NCBI GenBank assembly: GCA_965263355.1
Contig: CBDHHL010000056.1
Span: 1,088,001-1,152,000, forward strand
DNA from: Leptolyngbyaceae cyanobacterium
GTDB taxonomy: Bacteria > Cyanobacteriota > Cyanobacteriia > Phormidesmidales > Phormidesmidaceae
Direction of reading: 5' to 3'
DNA length: 64,000 nucleotides
The position numbers were made by a program, and so were the translations under genes. This document shows positions 18,600 to 30,000 of the stretch, piece after piece. Every line of letters begins with the position of its first letter. Within the stretch, counting starts at the first letter, position 1. The notes under the pieces were generated by a model. The model did no database searches. It had not been told where the DNA came from and saw only the letters and a program-made list of their open reading frames with translations.

Positions 18600-21476
18600 A
18601 TGATATACCTCTTTTCTAGACGATTGTTACGATGGCTTGGCCTATTAGGACTGTTACTGACGACTACGATTCTGACGACCCTGTTGGGTATGCAATCCTC
18701 ACTGGGATTCCATAGGGCTGAATCAGTTAGTATTTCTGTGCCTGCCATTGAAGAAATACAGCAAAAACAAGAGAGGCCTATAGCCAGTAATTCCCAGGCA
18801 CTTTTACAAAGGGGGCGAGAGCATTATGAGGCAGAACAATTCTTTGACGCGATCGCAATCTGGCAAGAGGCAGAAAAACAATTTACCGCTCAAAATGATT
18901 CCCTCCATCGGGTCATTACCCTCAGCAATTTGACATTGACCTATCGCCAATTGGGCCGGTGGTCAGAGGCAGAAGGTACCATTCGTAAAAGTCTAGAACT
19001 GCTGGAGCAACAAACCCCATTATCCTCTGAGGGGTTGAGGGTCTATGGCCAAGTGCTCAATACCCAGGGCAGTGTATATTTAGCCCAGGGACAGGCGCAA
19101 CAGGCGTTAGATACCTGGAAGCAGGCCACGGACATTTACACCCAGGCAAACTATGTTGAAGGGATCGCTAAAAGCTTGATGAACCAGAGCCATGCCTTGC
19201 GCAGTCTGGGATTTTTTCGAGAGTCGCAGAATCGTTTATCAGACGTTGCAGCGCTTTTAGACGGTCAAAATGATGTTGCTTTGCGGCTTTTGCTGACCCG
19301 TAGCTTAGGGGATAATCAACGGCTGCTAGGGGATCTAAAGGCGTCTATGGTTACCTTGGAGGAAAGCTTACGCTTAGCAAACGCATGGGCTACTCCAGGG
19401 GAACTGGCAGCCACCCGGTTAAGCTTAGGAAATACCTTAAAAGTTAATGCACAACAGCAGGAAAGCATTGCCCGTCGGACTCGGGCAAGGACCACCTTAG
19501 AAAAGGCCGATACGCTCTATCGGCAAGCGTTAGACACCTATGGGGAGATTGGCGATAACGCGCCTCTGTTGCTCCAAATACGAGCACAGCTGAATCGATT
19601 GGATATCGCTATCCATCGTCAAGATTGGGCGATGGTAGAGACCCTGCAAAAATCCTTGCTGTCTCAAGTCAACAGTCTTCCCGTGGGACGGGCGTCGGCA
19701 TTTGTCCATATGAGATTAGGGCGATTGCTGATGGATGCATGCGCTATGGACTGTCCCCCTGGGCTCAGTCACTCACAGCGGGATGTGTATACGTTATTAG
19801 CCACAGCGAGAAAACAAGCGTTAGACATTCAGGATCCGATTGCAGAATCCTATGCTCTTGGCTATCTTGGGCACCTTTATGAAATTGAAGGACGCTATGG
19901 GGACGCACAGCGTTTTACTGAGGCGGCCTTAGAACAATCTAAACATCAGCCCAGTCTCATCTATCAGTGGGAGTGGCAATTAGGCCGAATTGAGCAGGAT
20001 CTACGGCATGATCTAGCCGATGTGCTTCGACATTATGATGTAGCCTTTCAAAATGTACAGACAGTCAGGACCGATTTACTATATATGGAGCCGGATGTGC
20101 AGTTTGATTTTCGCGATCGCATCGAGCCCCTATATCGTGAGTACATCGGACTACTTTTACCCAAAGACGACAGATCGTTTCAAGGGGACCCGGCCCAATT
20201 AGTTAGGGCTCAGACAGTAATTGATGATCTGCGAGTCGCTGAGCTAGAAAGCTTTTTGGCTTGTGGCCTGATTGAACCTGATGATAATATTCTTCGGACA
20301 TCGATTCAGCAAGTGGCCAATACCGACAAAACAACGGCAATTATTTATCCAATTATTGTGCCAGATGGAGCTAACGGAGAGCGGCTGGAGGTGCTGCTCC
20401 AATTGCCAAATCAAGCCATTAAACGCTATCCCTCCAGGAGTTTTTTAGCAGAGACTACTAATAAAGACGCTGTTAAAGACTCGGCCATTGAAAAAAAGCT
20501 AGAGCGGTTCCGTGTTTTCTTAAACCGACAAACCTTTATTTTCCCTAAACCAGGTCGGCTACTTGCTGGAGAGATCTACGACTGGCTAATTCGTCCCGCT
20601 GAAGAACAAGGCTTATTAGAGTCCATGGATACCCTGGTCTTTGTCCTGGATGGTGCCTTTCGAAAGATACCCATGGCAGCATTATACGACCAGCAAACAG
20701 AGCAGTTTTTAATCGAGAAATATGCGATCGCAGTCACCTTTGGTGATTTAGAAATTCCTGCAGCCCCTCCTGCCAAAACATTTAACGTCCTAGCCGCAGG
20801 GCTATCGTCCCCCAGTGTTTTACCCACAGACCCCAGTCGCATTGCATCCCGTGGAACTAGGGTTAATTCTGAGACGGCGTTTGTACCCTTACCATTTGTG
20901 GAAAAAGAAATCGAATCGATTGTAGCCATTGTCGAAGACACAGAACACTTGTTGAACGGTAAGTTCACTAAAAAAAGCGTTCAAACAAAAATGCGTTCTG
21001 CCGATTATAGTGTTGTGCATTTGGCTACCCATGGGGTATTTGGCTTTACCCGTGATGAGACTTTTTTGCTAGTGGCTGCTCCGGAAAATGGCCAGCCCAT
21101 CAATAGTGACTTAGCTGAGCCCATTGAGGTCGGTAAAATTGATCTCAACGAGTTTGATAGTTTGCTCAAAACCCGCAATCAAAAACCGTTAGAATTGCTC
21201 GTACTCAGTGCCTGTGAAACCGCCACCGGGGATAGTCGTGAACTATTGGGCATTGCGGGACTGGCGGTACAATCTGGGGCTCGTAGTACCCTAGCTACTC
21301 TCTGGCGAATTAATGATCTGTCCACATCGTTGTTGATGGAAGATTTTTATAAACAAATGGTAAATAACGGCTTTTCCAAAGCCAAAGCTCTACAAAAGGC
21401 GCAGATTGAGCTTTTAAGGCGAAAGCCACACCCATTTCAATGGGCTCCATATTTACTGGTGGGTGATTGGCGCTAA
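18600..21476 (+). CDS. TPR plus CHAT (caspase-like) domain protein
   Basis: N-terminal hydrophobic segment, TPRs, HLATHG and LSACET catalytic dyad motifs, WAPYLLVGDW terminus. Confidence 0.92.
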   Translation: MIYLFSRRLLRWLGLLGLLLTTTILTTLLGMQSSLGFHRAESVSISVPAIEEIQQKQERPIASNSQALLQRGREHYEAEQFFDAIAIWQEAEKQFTAQNDSLHRVITLSNLTLTYRQLGRWSEAEGTIRKSLELLEQQTPLSSEGLRVYGQVLNTQGSVYLAQGQAQQALDTWKQATDIYTQANYVEGIAKSLMNQSHALRSLGFFRESQNRLSDVAALLDGQNDVALRLLLTRSLGDNQRLLGDLKASMVTLEESLRLANAWATPGELAATRLSLGNTLKVNAQQQESIARRTRARTTLEKADTLYRQALDTYGEIGDNAPLLLQIRAQLNRLDIAIHRQDWAMVETLQKSLLSQVNSLPVGRASAFVHMRLGRLLMDACAMDCPPGLSHSQRDVYTLLATARKQALDIQDPIAESYALGYLGHLYEIEGRYGDAQRFTEAALEQSKHQPSLIYQWEWQLGRIEQDLRHDLADVLRHYDVAFQNVQTVRTDLLYMEPDVQFDFRDRIEPLYREYIGLLLPKDDRSFQGDPAQLVRAQTVIDDLRVAELESFLACGLIEPDDNILRTSIQQVANTDKTTAIIYPIIVPDGANGERLEVLLQLPNQAIKRYPSRSFLAETTNKDAVKDSAIEKKLERFRVFLNRQTFIFPKPGRLLAGEIYDWLIRPAEEQGLLESMDTLVFVLDGAFRKIPMAALYDQQTEQFLIEKYAIAVTFGDLEIPAAPPAKTFNVLAAGLSSPSVLPTDPSRIASRGTRVNSETAFVPLPFVEKEIESIVAIVEDTEHLLNGKFTKKSVQTKMRSADYSVVHLATHGVFGFTRDETFLLVAAPENGQPINSDLAEPIEVGKIDLNEFDSLLKTRNQKPLELLVLSACETATGDSRELLGIAGLAVQSGARSTLATLWRINDLSTSLLMEDFYKQMVNNGFSKAKALQKAQIELLRRKPHPFQWAPYLLVGDWR

Positions 21477-21494
21477 GTCATCCTAGAGTTCGCA

Positions 21495-24400
21495 CTACAG
21501 GGGCAGTCGAATACAAAACTCACTACCCTGACCCACCTCAGATTGTACGTCTAAGCTGCCACCATGGGTATCGACTATGATTTGACGTGCGATCGCTAAT
21601 CCCAAGCCAGTTCCTTTTCCAACTGCCTTTGTTGTGAAGGAATGGTCAAATATCCTGGACTTCACCTCATCTGGCATCCCCCAGCCATTATCTGAAATCC
21701 GCACCTCAATCGCATCCTGGTCAGCCAAATGAGCAGTCGCAATCGTGATTTGCTGAGGATGATTCTTCAGATCTTTGAGGGGCATTGACTGAGCCATCTC
21801 ATCGAACATATCAATCGCATTGGCCAGAATATTCATAAATACCTGGTTTAGCTGTCCAGGAAAGCAGGTAATCTCAGGTAACTCACCATAGTTTTTCATT
21901 ACGTCGATGGCAGGACGTTGCTCATTCGCTTTCAAACGATATTTGAGAATTAATAGGGTACTGTCGAGCCCTTCGTGCAGGTTGGCACTTACCTTATTTT
22001 CCGTATCGGCACGGGAGAACGTACGCAAACTAGTACTAATGCCCTTAATGCGGTTGGTGGCCCCTTTCATGGAATCTAGCAGCTTAGGCAAGTCTGCCAA
22101 CACAAACTCCAGGTCAATGTCCTCGGCATTTTCTTGCACTGGTCCAGTAGGTGGATGGTATTTTTGATAGCATTCTAAATGCTCGAACAGATCTTGGAGA
22201 TAGTCCTTAACGTTTTGGATGCTACCGTTAAGAAAGCCAATGGGGTTGTTAACTTCATGAGCTACCCCTGCTACTAAGTTCCCCAGGGTGGCCATTTTCT
22301 CATTTTGTACCAGCTGTAGTTGAGACTGTTCCAGTTGTTCGGCATAGTGTTGAGACTGTTGATACAGTCGAGCATTTTCCAAGGAAATCGCTGCCTGGGC
22401 ACAGAGGAAATTGAGGACTAAAATTCGCTCTTTAGTAAACACCCCACTCGTGAGATTATTTTTGAGATACAAAATACCAATGAGACTGCCTTGATTGAGA
22501 ATTGGCAAACATAGCACACTTTTTGGCTGCTGCGCTCTGAGATAGTCATCAACCACTGGCAAATCGGTTACCAGATCGTCAATAACGATAATCTCCTGAG
22601 TGTTTTTAACATATTGAATTAATTTGACTGGCAAATTTGGATTGTTGGCCAAGGGTTCTGTCTGAAGCCGTGTCTCCTCAGGACTGGCGATTGCCTGCAC
22701 CTGCCAGTCTCCTTGCTCCGTTGGTAAAACTAGGGCACAGTAATCACCCCCAGAGTTTTGCAAAATAATTTGGGTCAATTGCCGTAGTAACTCATCCAGT
22801 TTAATAACGCTAGAAAGGACCTGAGAGGCTTTAAGGATACTTGCAAAGTCGAAGGTCTGGTTAAAGTCGTTGTTACTAGAACTATTATGTGTACCGGTAT
22901 TAGCTGAGGCAGTCGGCGCGGCTATGGTCATCAGAGTAGTCAGCATATATTCTGATGTCGCTGACGATTGTAGAATTACTCGAAGTAGGTCGGGATAGCG
23001 GGTTTCTAAATCAATGACTTTAGCTTTGGCCCCCCAACGGGAATAGCAGTAGTACGCTTCTTGCATATAGCCTGCGGCGACTTTTTCTTTACCCCAATTC
23101 AGGTAGAACTTGGCAGCAAGTTCATTGGCTAACGCTTCTTCTTGAATGTAGTGGTTGGCGTTAGCTCCAGCGATCGCCCGATCATATCGCTCCATTGCTT
23201 CAAGCGGGTTATCATTCAGACGAGCCATTTCCGCTGATACTAAATCATATTTATGCTGAAACGTAGAAGGGCAGGTCTGAGACCATGTTTCCAGGATTTG
23301 TTGTTGCTCCTGGATGATGTTCCAATAACTATTTTGAGTGTGCTTATCAACTTCAGGATAAACAGCGAGCAAGCTTAGGGGGTAATACAGGTGATAAAGA
23401 ATAATGGGAAAGAATCCAAAATTTGTAGGCAGTGTAGATTCAATGTGTTGGGATACTTGTAGGGCGTGAATATAGTTACCCTGCAGATAAAGCCGATACA
23501 ACACCAAAAAGCCATACCAGTTAATCCCATGCTCAAACTTATTCTGAAGCCATTGCTCTAAGGATGGATTATCCATAAACCCCTGGTACGTCAAAAGATG
23601 CTCACTAGAGTCACCCTTAACTAAACTGTGGATGAATTTTTGTTGGAGTTGGAAAACATAGAGGATATTTTGATCATTACATCTATGAACATAATCAAGG
23701 TATTGTTGGCTTTGTTCTTCTATCTCTGATAAGACCTTACCTTGGAGGATCTGGGTCCAGATGATAAATAAAATGGCCCACACCCCATAAACCAAATCAC
23801 CAACTTCGCTACAAATGGCTACTGATTCTTGATATAGGAAAAGATTTTCTTTGAGTGGACGAACATAGGGGCTGATAGAATGGGCAAAAAGATTGTTATT
23901 CTTGCCCATGAATTTGGTATTTTGCAATGTGCGATCAACAGATAATGCAACTTTTCCAAACTGATAGGCTTGTTCGTAATCACCTTGAAATGCTAAGACC
24001 ATGCCATAACATGTGTAGGCCAAACTAGACCCTTCTGCTTGTCCATATTCAAGCGAAAGGTTAATCGTACGTAGGGTTGTTAGGAAATTGAGGGTCGTCT
24101 TCCCTACAATATAAGATGCTGTCCATAAAGACCCTAGAAGTTTCATGCAATTGCGCTGAATGAGATCGCTGATCGGTGGAAGATCTAGAAGGGCATCTGG
24201 GGACATCTGTTCAAAAACCCGTTGCACCTTTTGAAGTTCTTGATTAGTTAACGATTCTAATGCCTCTGAATGGGTGGGAATGTTAATCCCTAACATCGCC
24301 AATCCTTCTAGAGCTGCATCAATACTCGATTGAATATCAATGCCACGAGTGATACGTTGATTCGTCAAAATTTCATATATTTGAGCTGCATCTAGGGGAG

Positions 24401-26906
24401 CTTTAACATGCTTTAAGGTTGTATTAAGCCGAGTTTCAGAGGCTTCAAATTGACCTAAAAAATACTCACATTCTCCATATTCTCGATTCAGATCTAGCGT
24501 CACACGATAATGCACATCCCAAGCAGTTTCAAGCAAACGGGAGAGGCCAAACTCAAAATAATCAATGGCGGATTGATAGGCTACAGATAATTTAGCTTTT
24601 ATCCCTGCACGTAAGGAAAGATCTGCTAGTTCTGTCACAGGAATCGACTCTGGATCCGCCTCTATACCCATCATTAAATGATTCAGGATATTAAAAATAT
24701 TATCTTCGCGCTCACTCGGAGATTGATGGGCTAGTAATAATTGTCCAATTTGTAAATGCGTAGACTGTTTTTGATAGCCATCAGGGATAAGAGAATAGGT
24801 GGCTTGTTGTACCCGATCATGTAAAAAGCGATAGCCAACAACAATATCCTCTGAATAGACTTCGTTTTGTGCCCTATCTTGAAAAAACTTATAGGCTTCA
24901 GTTATTGGAATAATTAAGCCTTCTTGAAGGGCAGGCCACAGCTCGGTTGCCACAACCTCGACAGGGGATTTACAGACAATAGCTAAGGTTTCCAATTCAA
25001 ATTGATTACCAATACATGCGGCTAGCGCCATTGCATTTTGGGTGTTTTGGGGCAATTGTTGTAACCGACTGGTCATAAAGACTACAACGTCATCCGTGAG
25101 GATTGCCCCTTGAATCTGTCCGAAGTCGTAATCCCACCTCCCCTGGGCAGCATTGAAGACAATCAGATTGTCGTCGTATAACCCTTTCAATAACTGGGTA
25201 GTAAAAAAGGGATTCCCTTGCGTCTTGTGATAGATTAGGTCCGTCAACGGCTGTACCATGTCAGATGGATAGCTCAAGGTTTCAACCACAAGCTGATGAA
25301 TATGAAGCGAGGATAATGGCGTTAACGTAATAGTTGAGATAGCCGTAGCTTGATTTTCCAATTTCTCCAAGGTTAGCATTAACGGGTGTGCAGGAAACAC
25401 TTCGTTATCACGGTATGCCCCGAGTAAGAGCATGTAGGTGGTCTCACTCTCTCCCATCAATACCTGCATCAAGTTGAGTGATGCCGAATCTGCCCATTGC
25501 AGGTCATCCAAAAATATCACCAGCGGATGCTCTGGGGTAGTAAAAACCGCAATAAATTTTTGAAATAATACATTAAACCGATTTTGCGCTGCGGCCCCGG
25601 AAAGTTCTGTTGCAGCAGGTTGAGTGCCAATGATATGTTCTAGTTCCGGAATCACTTCGATCAATACCTGGCCACTATCCCCGACAACATTGAGGATTCG
25701 CTTACTCCAACAGGCTAACGCTTCATCCGATTCACTCAGCAACTGTCCCATCAAATTCCGAAAGGCTTGCACAAAAGCAGACAAGGGAATGTTGCGATTG
25801 AACTGGTCAAATTTACCTTTGATGAAATAGCCACGCTGTCGCACAATGGGCTTATACACTTCGTTGATCACGGCGGTCTTACCAATGCCGGAGAAACCGG
25901 CCACCAGCATCAGTTTCGAGGCTCCCTTAGCCACTTGATCAAACGCATCTAGCAAGGTTTGCACTTCGCCGTCCCGTCCGTAGAGCTTTTCAGGGATGAG
26001 GAAGCGATCGCACAAATCCCGCTGCCCCAATTTAAATTCATCAATTTTTCCTTGCTCTTTCCACTGAATCAGGCAGTGCTTAAGATCGTGTTTCAAGCCA
26101 AGGGCGCTCTGGTAGCGATCTTCCGCATTTTTGGCCATCAGCTTAGAGACAATCGCTACGACCATTGCAGGTATGTCTGGCCTGATCTGCTCAATGTCAG
26201 TGGGCAACTGCGCCATATGGCAGTGGATTAGCTCCAGCGGGTCATCGCTAGCGAAAGGTAACTGCCCTGTGAGCAGTTCGTAGAGGGTGACCCCCAGAGC
26301 GTAAAAGTCTGTGCGATAGTCAATGGCCCGGTTCATGCGTCCAGTCTGTTCTGGAGCCAAGTAAGCCAATGTGCCTTCCAAGCTCTGCGGACTTTGGATC
26401 GCCTGGGTTTCTTTGGGCAGCAGCGACGCGATGCTAAAGTCGATGAGTTTGAGCTGCTTGGAGTCTGGATGAATCAGAATATTGGCGGGTTTAATATCTT
26501 TATGGATGACCCGGTGCTGGTGCAGCTCGTGGAGAATCTCAGCCAGCTGAGTTGCGATGCTAAGGATCTCCACAAGATCTAGGGAGTATTGCTGCGCATA
26601 TTGCCCCAGGTCAATTCCGGCAATGTCTTCCATCACTAGGGCATAGCCGTTACCGCAGGGCTCTAGGCGGTGAGGACGGATGATACCTGCTATTGGTAAG
26701 TTTTTCGCCACCGTGTACTGATTGCGAAACTGTACTAGTTCTGCAAAGCTCGGATACTCCTGAGACAGTACCTTAATCACCACCGACTGCTGGGTTGCTG
26801 TTTCTATGGCCCGGTATACCGTCGTTCGAGTCCCTTGATAAATTGTTTCTGTAAACGAATAACCAGCCAGTTGATGGGAAGAGAGCGGCGCTGCAGTAAT
26901 GTTCAT
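21495..26906 (-). CDS. Trifunctional Ser/Thr kinase - AAA ATPase - GAF - histidine kinase (HstK-type), copy 1
   Basis: HKDIKPAN, GFSGIGKT, DDLQWAD, FLHDRVQQ, GAF, AHEVNNP and GKGTGLGL. Confidence 0.93.
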   Translation of the reverse strand: MNITAAPLSSHQLAGYSFTETIYQGTRTTVYRAIETATQQSVVIKVLSQEYPSFAELVQFRNQYTVAKNLPIAGIIRPHRLEPCGNGYALVMEDIAGIDLGQYAQQYSLDLVEILSIATQLAEILHELHQHRVIHKDIKPANILIHPDSKQLKLIDFSIASLLPKETQAIQSPQSLEGTLAYLAPEQTGRMNRAIDYRTDFYALGVTLYELLTGQLPFASDDPLELIHCHMAQLPTDIEQIRPDIPAMVVAIVSKLMAKNAEDRYQSALGLKHDLKHCLIQWKEQGKIDEFKLGQRDLCDRFLIPEKLYGRDGEVQTLLDAFDQVAKGASKLMLVAGFSGIGKTAVINEVYKPIVRQRGYFIKGKFDQFNRNIPLSAFVQAFRNLMGQLLSESDEALACWSKRILNVVGDSGQVLIEVIPELEHIIGTQPAATELSGAAAQNRFNVLFQKFIAVFTTPEHPLVIFLDDLQWADSASLNLMQVLMGESETTYMLLLGAYRDNEVFPAHPLMLTLEKLENQATAISTITLTPLSSLHIHQLVVETLSYPSDMVQPLTDLIYHKTQGNPFFTTQLLKGLYDDNLIVFNAAQGRWDYDFGQIQGAILTDDVVVFMTSRLQQLPQNTQNAMALAACIGNQFELETLAIVCKSPVEVVATELWPALQEGLIIPITEAYKFFQDRAQNEVYSEDIVVGYRFLHDRVQQATYSLIPDGYQKQSTHLQIGQLLLAHQSPSEREDNIFNILNHLMMGIEADPESIPVTELADLSLRAGIKAKLSVAYQSAIDYFEFGLSRLLETAWDVHYRVTLDLNREYGECEYFLGQFEASETRLNTTLKHVKAPLDAAQIYEILTNQRITRGIDIQSSIDAALEGLAMLGINIPTHSEALESLTNQELQKVQRVFEQMSPDALLDLPPISDLIQRNCMKLLGSLWTASYIVGKTTLNFLTTLRTINLSLEYGQAEGSSLAYTCYGMVLAFQGDYEQAYQFGKVALSVDRTLQNTKFMGKNNNLFAHSISPYVRPLKENLFLYQESVAICSEVGDLVYGVWAILFIIWTQILQGKVLSEIEEQSQQYLDYVHRCNDQNILYVFQLQQKFIHSLVKGDSSEHLLTYQGFMDNPSLEQWLQNKFEHGINWYGFLVLYRLYLQGNYIHALQVSQHIESTLPTNFGFFPIILYHLYYPLSLLAVYPEVDKHTQNSYWNIIQEQQQILETWSQTCPSTFQHKYDLVSAEMARLNDNPLEAMERYDRAIAGANANHYIQEEALANELAAKFYLNWGKEKVAAGYMQEAYYCYSRWGAKAKVIDLETRYPDLLRVILQSSATSEYMLTTLMTIAAPTASANTGTHNSSSNNDFNQTFDFASILKASQVLSSVIKLDELLRQLTQIILQNSGGDYCALVLPTEQGDWQVQAIASPEETRLQTEPLANNPNLPVKLIQYVKNTQEIIVIDDLVTDLPVVDDYLRAQQPKSVLCLPILNQGSLIGILYLKNNLTSGVFTKERILVLNFLCAQAAISLENARLYQQSQHYAEQLEQSQLQLVQNEKMATLGNLVAGVAHEVNNPIGFLNGSIQNVKDYLQDLFEHLECYQKYHPPTGPVQENAEDIDLEFVLADLPKLLDSMKGATNRIKGISTSLRTFSRADTENKVSANLHEGLDSTLLILKYRLKANEQRPAIDVMKNYGELPEITCFPGQLNQVFMNILANAIDMFDEMAQSMPLKDLKNHPQQITIATAHLADQDAIEVRISDNGWGMPDEVKSRIFDHSFTTKAVGKGTGLGLAIARQIIVDTHGGSLDVQSEVGQGSEFCIRLPL

Positions 26907-27006
26907 GAGTTGGACTATTCAGGCAATTCAGACTGCTCTTAAATTTCCCAAAATCCGACCTGACAGTATTGGCTATCGAAGCTGATCAACCTTTCCGCCA
27001 ACTAAC
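26907..27006. repeat. About 100-bp duplicated upstream region of the two kinase paralogues
   Basis: Near-identical to 32405-32504 (offset 5498). Confidence 0.85.
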
Positions 27007-27023
27007 CCAACGTTTAGTTCGTG

Positions 27024-30000
27024 TCAGCAGGGTAGTCGAATACAAAATTCTGTGCCCTGACCCACCTCAGACTGTACGTTTAAGCTGCCACCATGGGTAT
27101 CGACTATGATCTGGCGGGCGATCGCTAATCCCAAGCCAGTTCCTTTTCCAACTGCCTTTGTTGTGAAGGAATGGTCAAATATCCTGGACTTCACCTCATC
27201 TGGCATCCCCCAGCCATTATCTGAAATCCGCACCTCAATCGCATCCTGGTCAGCCAAATGAGCAGTCGCAATCGTGATTTGCTGAGGATGATTCTTCAGA
27301 TCTTTGAGGGGCATTGACTGAGCCATCTCATCGAACATATCAATCGCATTGGCCAGAATATTCATAAATACCTGGTTTAGCTGTCCAGGAAAGCAGGTAA
27401 TCTCAGGTAACTCACCATAGTTTTTAATCACTGCGATCGCCGGACGTTTCTCATTCGCTTTGAGCCGATATTTGAGAATTAGTAGCGTGCTATTTAGACC
27501 ATCATGCAAATTAGCACTGACTTTATATTCCGTATCGGCACGGGAGAATGTGCGGAGACTGGTACTGATACCTTTAATGCGATCCGTTGCGTCTTTCATC
27601 GAGCCTAGAAGCTTGGGTAAATCCTCCAGCACAAATTCTAGATCAAGGTCTTCAGCTAAATCTTGCAGCACGGTTGTGGGGGGCTGCTGTTGTTGATACA
27701 TCTCTATATACTTGAACAAATCCTGCACATAGTCTTTAGCATTGCCAATGCTACCGTTGAGGAAACCAATGGGATTATTAACTTCATGGGCCACACCCGC
27801 AACTAAGTTACCCAGCGTGGCCATCTTTTCATTTTGTACAATCTGCAGTTGGGACTGTTCTAGTTGCTGGGCATAGTGTTGAGCCTGTTGATATAGGCGA
27901 GCGTTTTCTAGGGAAATTGCAGCCTGAGAGCAGAGGAAGTTGAGGACTTGAATACGATCCTGGTTAAACACATCTCTGGTGAGATAATTGTTGAGATACA
28001 AAATACCGATGAGCTTTCCTTGATTTAGCAGGGGGAAACACAGAATGCTTTTGGGCTTATGTTCTCTGAGATAATCATCAATCACAGGCAAATCGGTTTC
28101 TAAATCGTTGATGATAATTGTTTCCTGAGTATTCTTGACATATTGGATCAATTTGACTGGCAAATTAAGATTGTTGTCTAGGGGATCCGCATGGAGCTGG
28201 GTGTCTTCGGCCATGGCAATAGCTCGCACCTGCCATTTTTTATGTTCATCAGGGAGAATCAGAGCACAACGATCACCGCCTAAGTTTTGCAGAATAATTT
28301 GGGTTAATTGACGCAGGAGTTCATCTAATTGAATAGTGCTTGAGAGTGCCTGAGACGCCTTTAGAATACTAGAGAAATCAATAGTCTGGTTGAGATTTAA
28401 ACCATTGGAGCTGTGGTGGGTATCGGTATGGGTTAACGTTGTCGAGGTAGCAGAGGTCATAAAGGTGTTCAAAGAATTCTTTGATGACGCTAACGATTGC
28501 AAAATGGGGCGCAGCAATTCAGGATAGCGGGCTTCTAAATCGACAACCTTAGCCTTAGCACCCCAACGAGAATAACAATAGTATGCTTCTTGCATATAGC
28601 CTGCGGCCACTTTCTCTTTGCCCCAGTTCAGGTAAAAATTAGCGGCTAATTCGTTAGCTAATGCTTCCTCTTGTACAAAACCATTTTTCTTAGCGCCAGC
28701 AATTGCAAGATCGTATAGCTCAATAGCTTCAGCCGTTTCCCCCCGTAGTCTAGTGAGTTCTGCCTTCACCATCTGATATTTGTGTAAATAGTTCATGGGG
28801 GCATCACAGCTCCATTGATACAGCTTTTGTAGGCTGTCTTCAATGGAGTTCAGAACTGAGGGGGGTAATTCTTCTGGTGATGCATGGGCCTCTTGTAACT
28901 GGGCTAGAGCCCCATAAAAGTAAGCCAACGGAACATATAGCAACCCAACTGCATCGCTTAAATTGTCCTTTACCCGCTTAGCAAGTTCAAGCGATTGCTT
29001 ATTTTTTCCAAACAAGAAACACAAGATTAACCGATGTAAATCATACTCAAGGGCATACATCCCTTCGAGATCTGGCCGAGGCTGGTAAATATGTCCCGCT
29101 AACTCCCAAGGCTTCTGACAGTCTCCCATCAAATTTACAACAGCTTGGTAATATATGCGGTGGGAACCCAGACTTTGTTCTTGATTGAGCTGTACCATAA
29201 CCCGATCGTAGTTTTCCATATCCGCAATCAAGGTGGTCAAAGACAACCCACAAAAATAGGCATGGGCACAGTAAACCTGAGCTGAAATGGTAGCCGTTTC
29301 GAGATCACCTAAGGTCAAACCCAGTTGATAGGCGTCTAAAAACGGCTGTAGTGTAGAGACAAGCGAGTCATGCCAATGGGTAATAAACAGATGACAATAC
29401 ATTAGGGTTTTCACCTTAATGGTTGGGGAGGGTATCTTTTCCAACAGATTGAGTCCAAGCTGAGAAAATTCATACCCTGCCGCTGTTTTATTACCCGTCA
29501 TGCAGAGCACAATGCCATAACAGACATAGGCAAAGGGAGATGTTTCTGTGTTTCCATAGGCCATCGCAATGTCAATTTGCTTAAGGCTCACGATGCCAAA
29601 CAGATGGGGATCATGGAAAAATGATGGCGTCGTTATACTGGATAAAATTTCCAAAATAGCCTTAGCATAGGGGTCGTCTGTCACTGGAAAATTAAACAGA
29701 TCGCCACTAGAGTACTGGGAAAGCTTTTGGACAGTCAGCTGTTCTGCTTGGAGAAAAGCATCGTGGTCAGGATTTTCGGGTAGGGTGACCCCCAATTTTA
29801 TTAAAATCTCTCGCCCCGTTTGAATAGCTGTAGCTAGCTGTTCTTGAGCTGAGTATGCCTGAATCTTAATGGCGTAGGTTTTGACTTGATCTAACGCTGT
29901 TTTTACATTAGATAAAAAATCGGTAGCTAAGGCTTCCATTAAATCAAAATCACCTTGCAAACAGGCCACTTCTGTTGCTAGTTCATATAACCGTCGGGTA

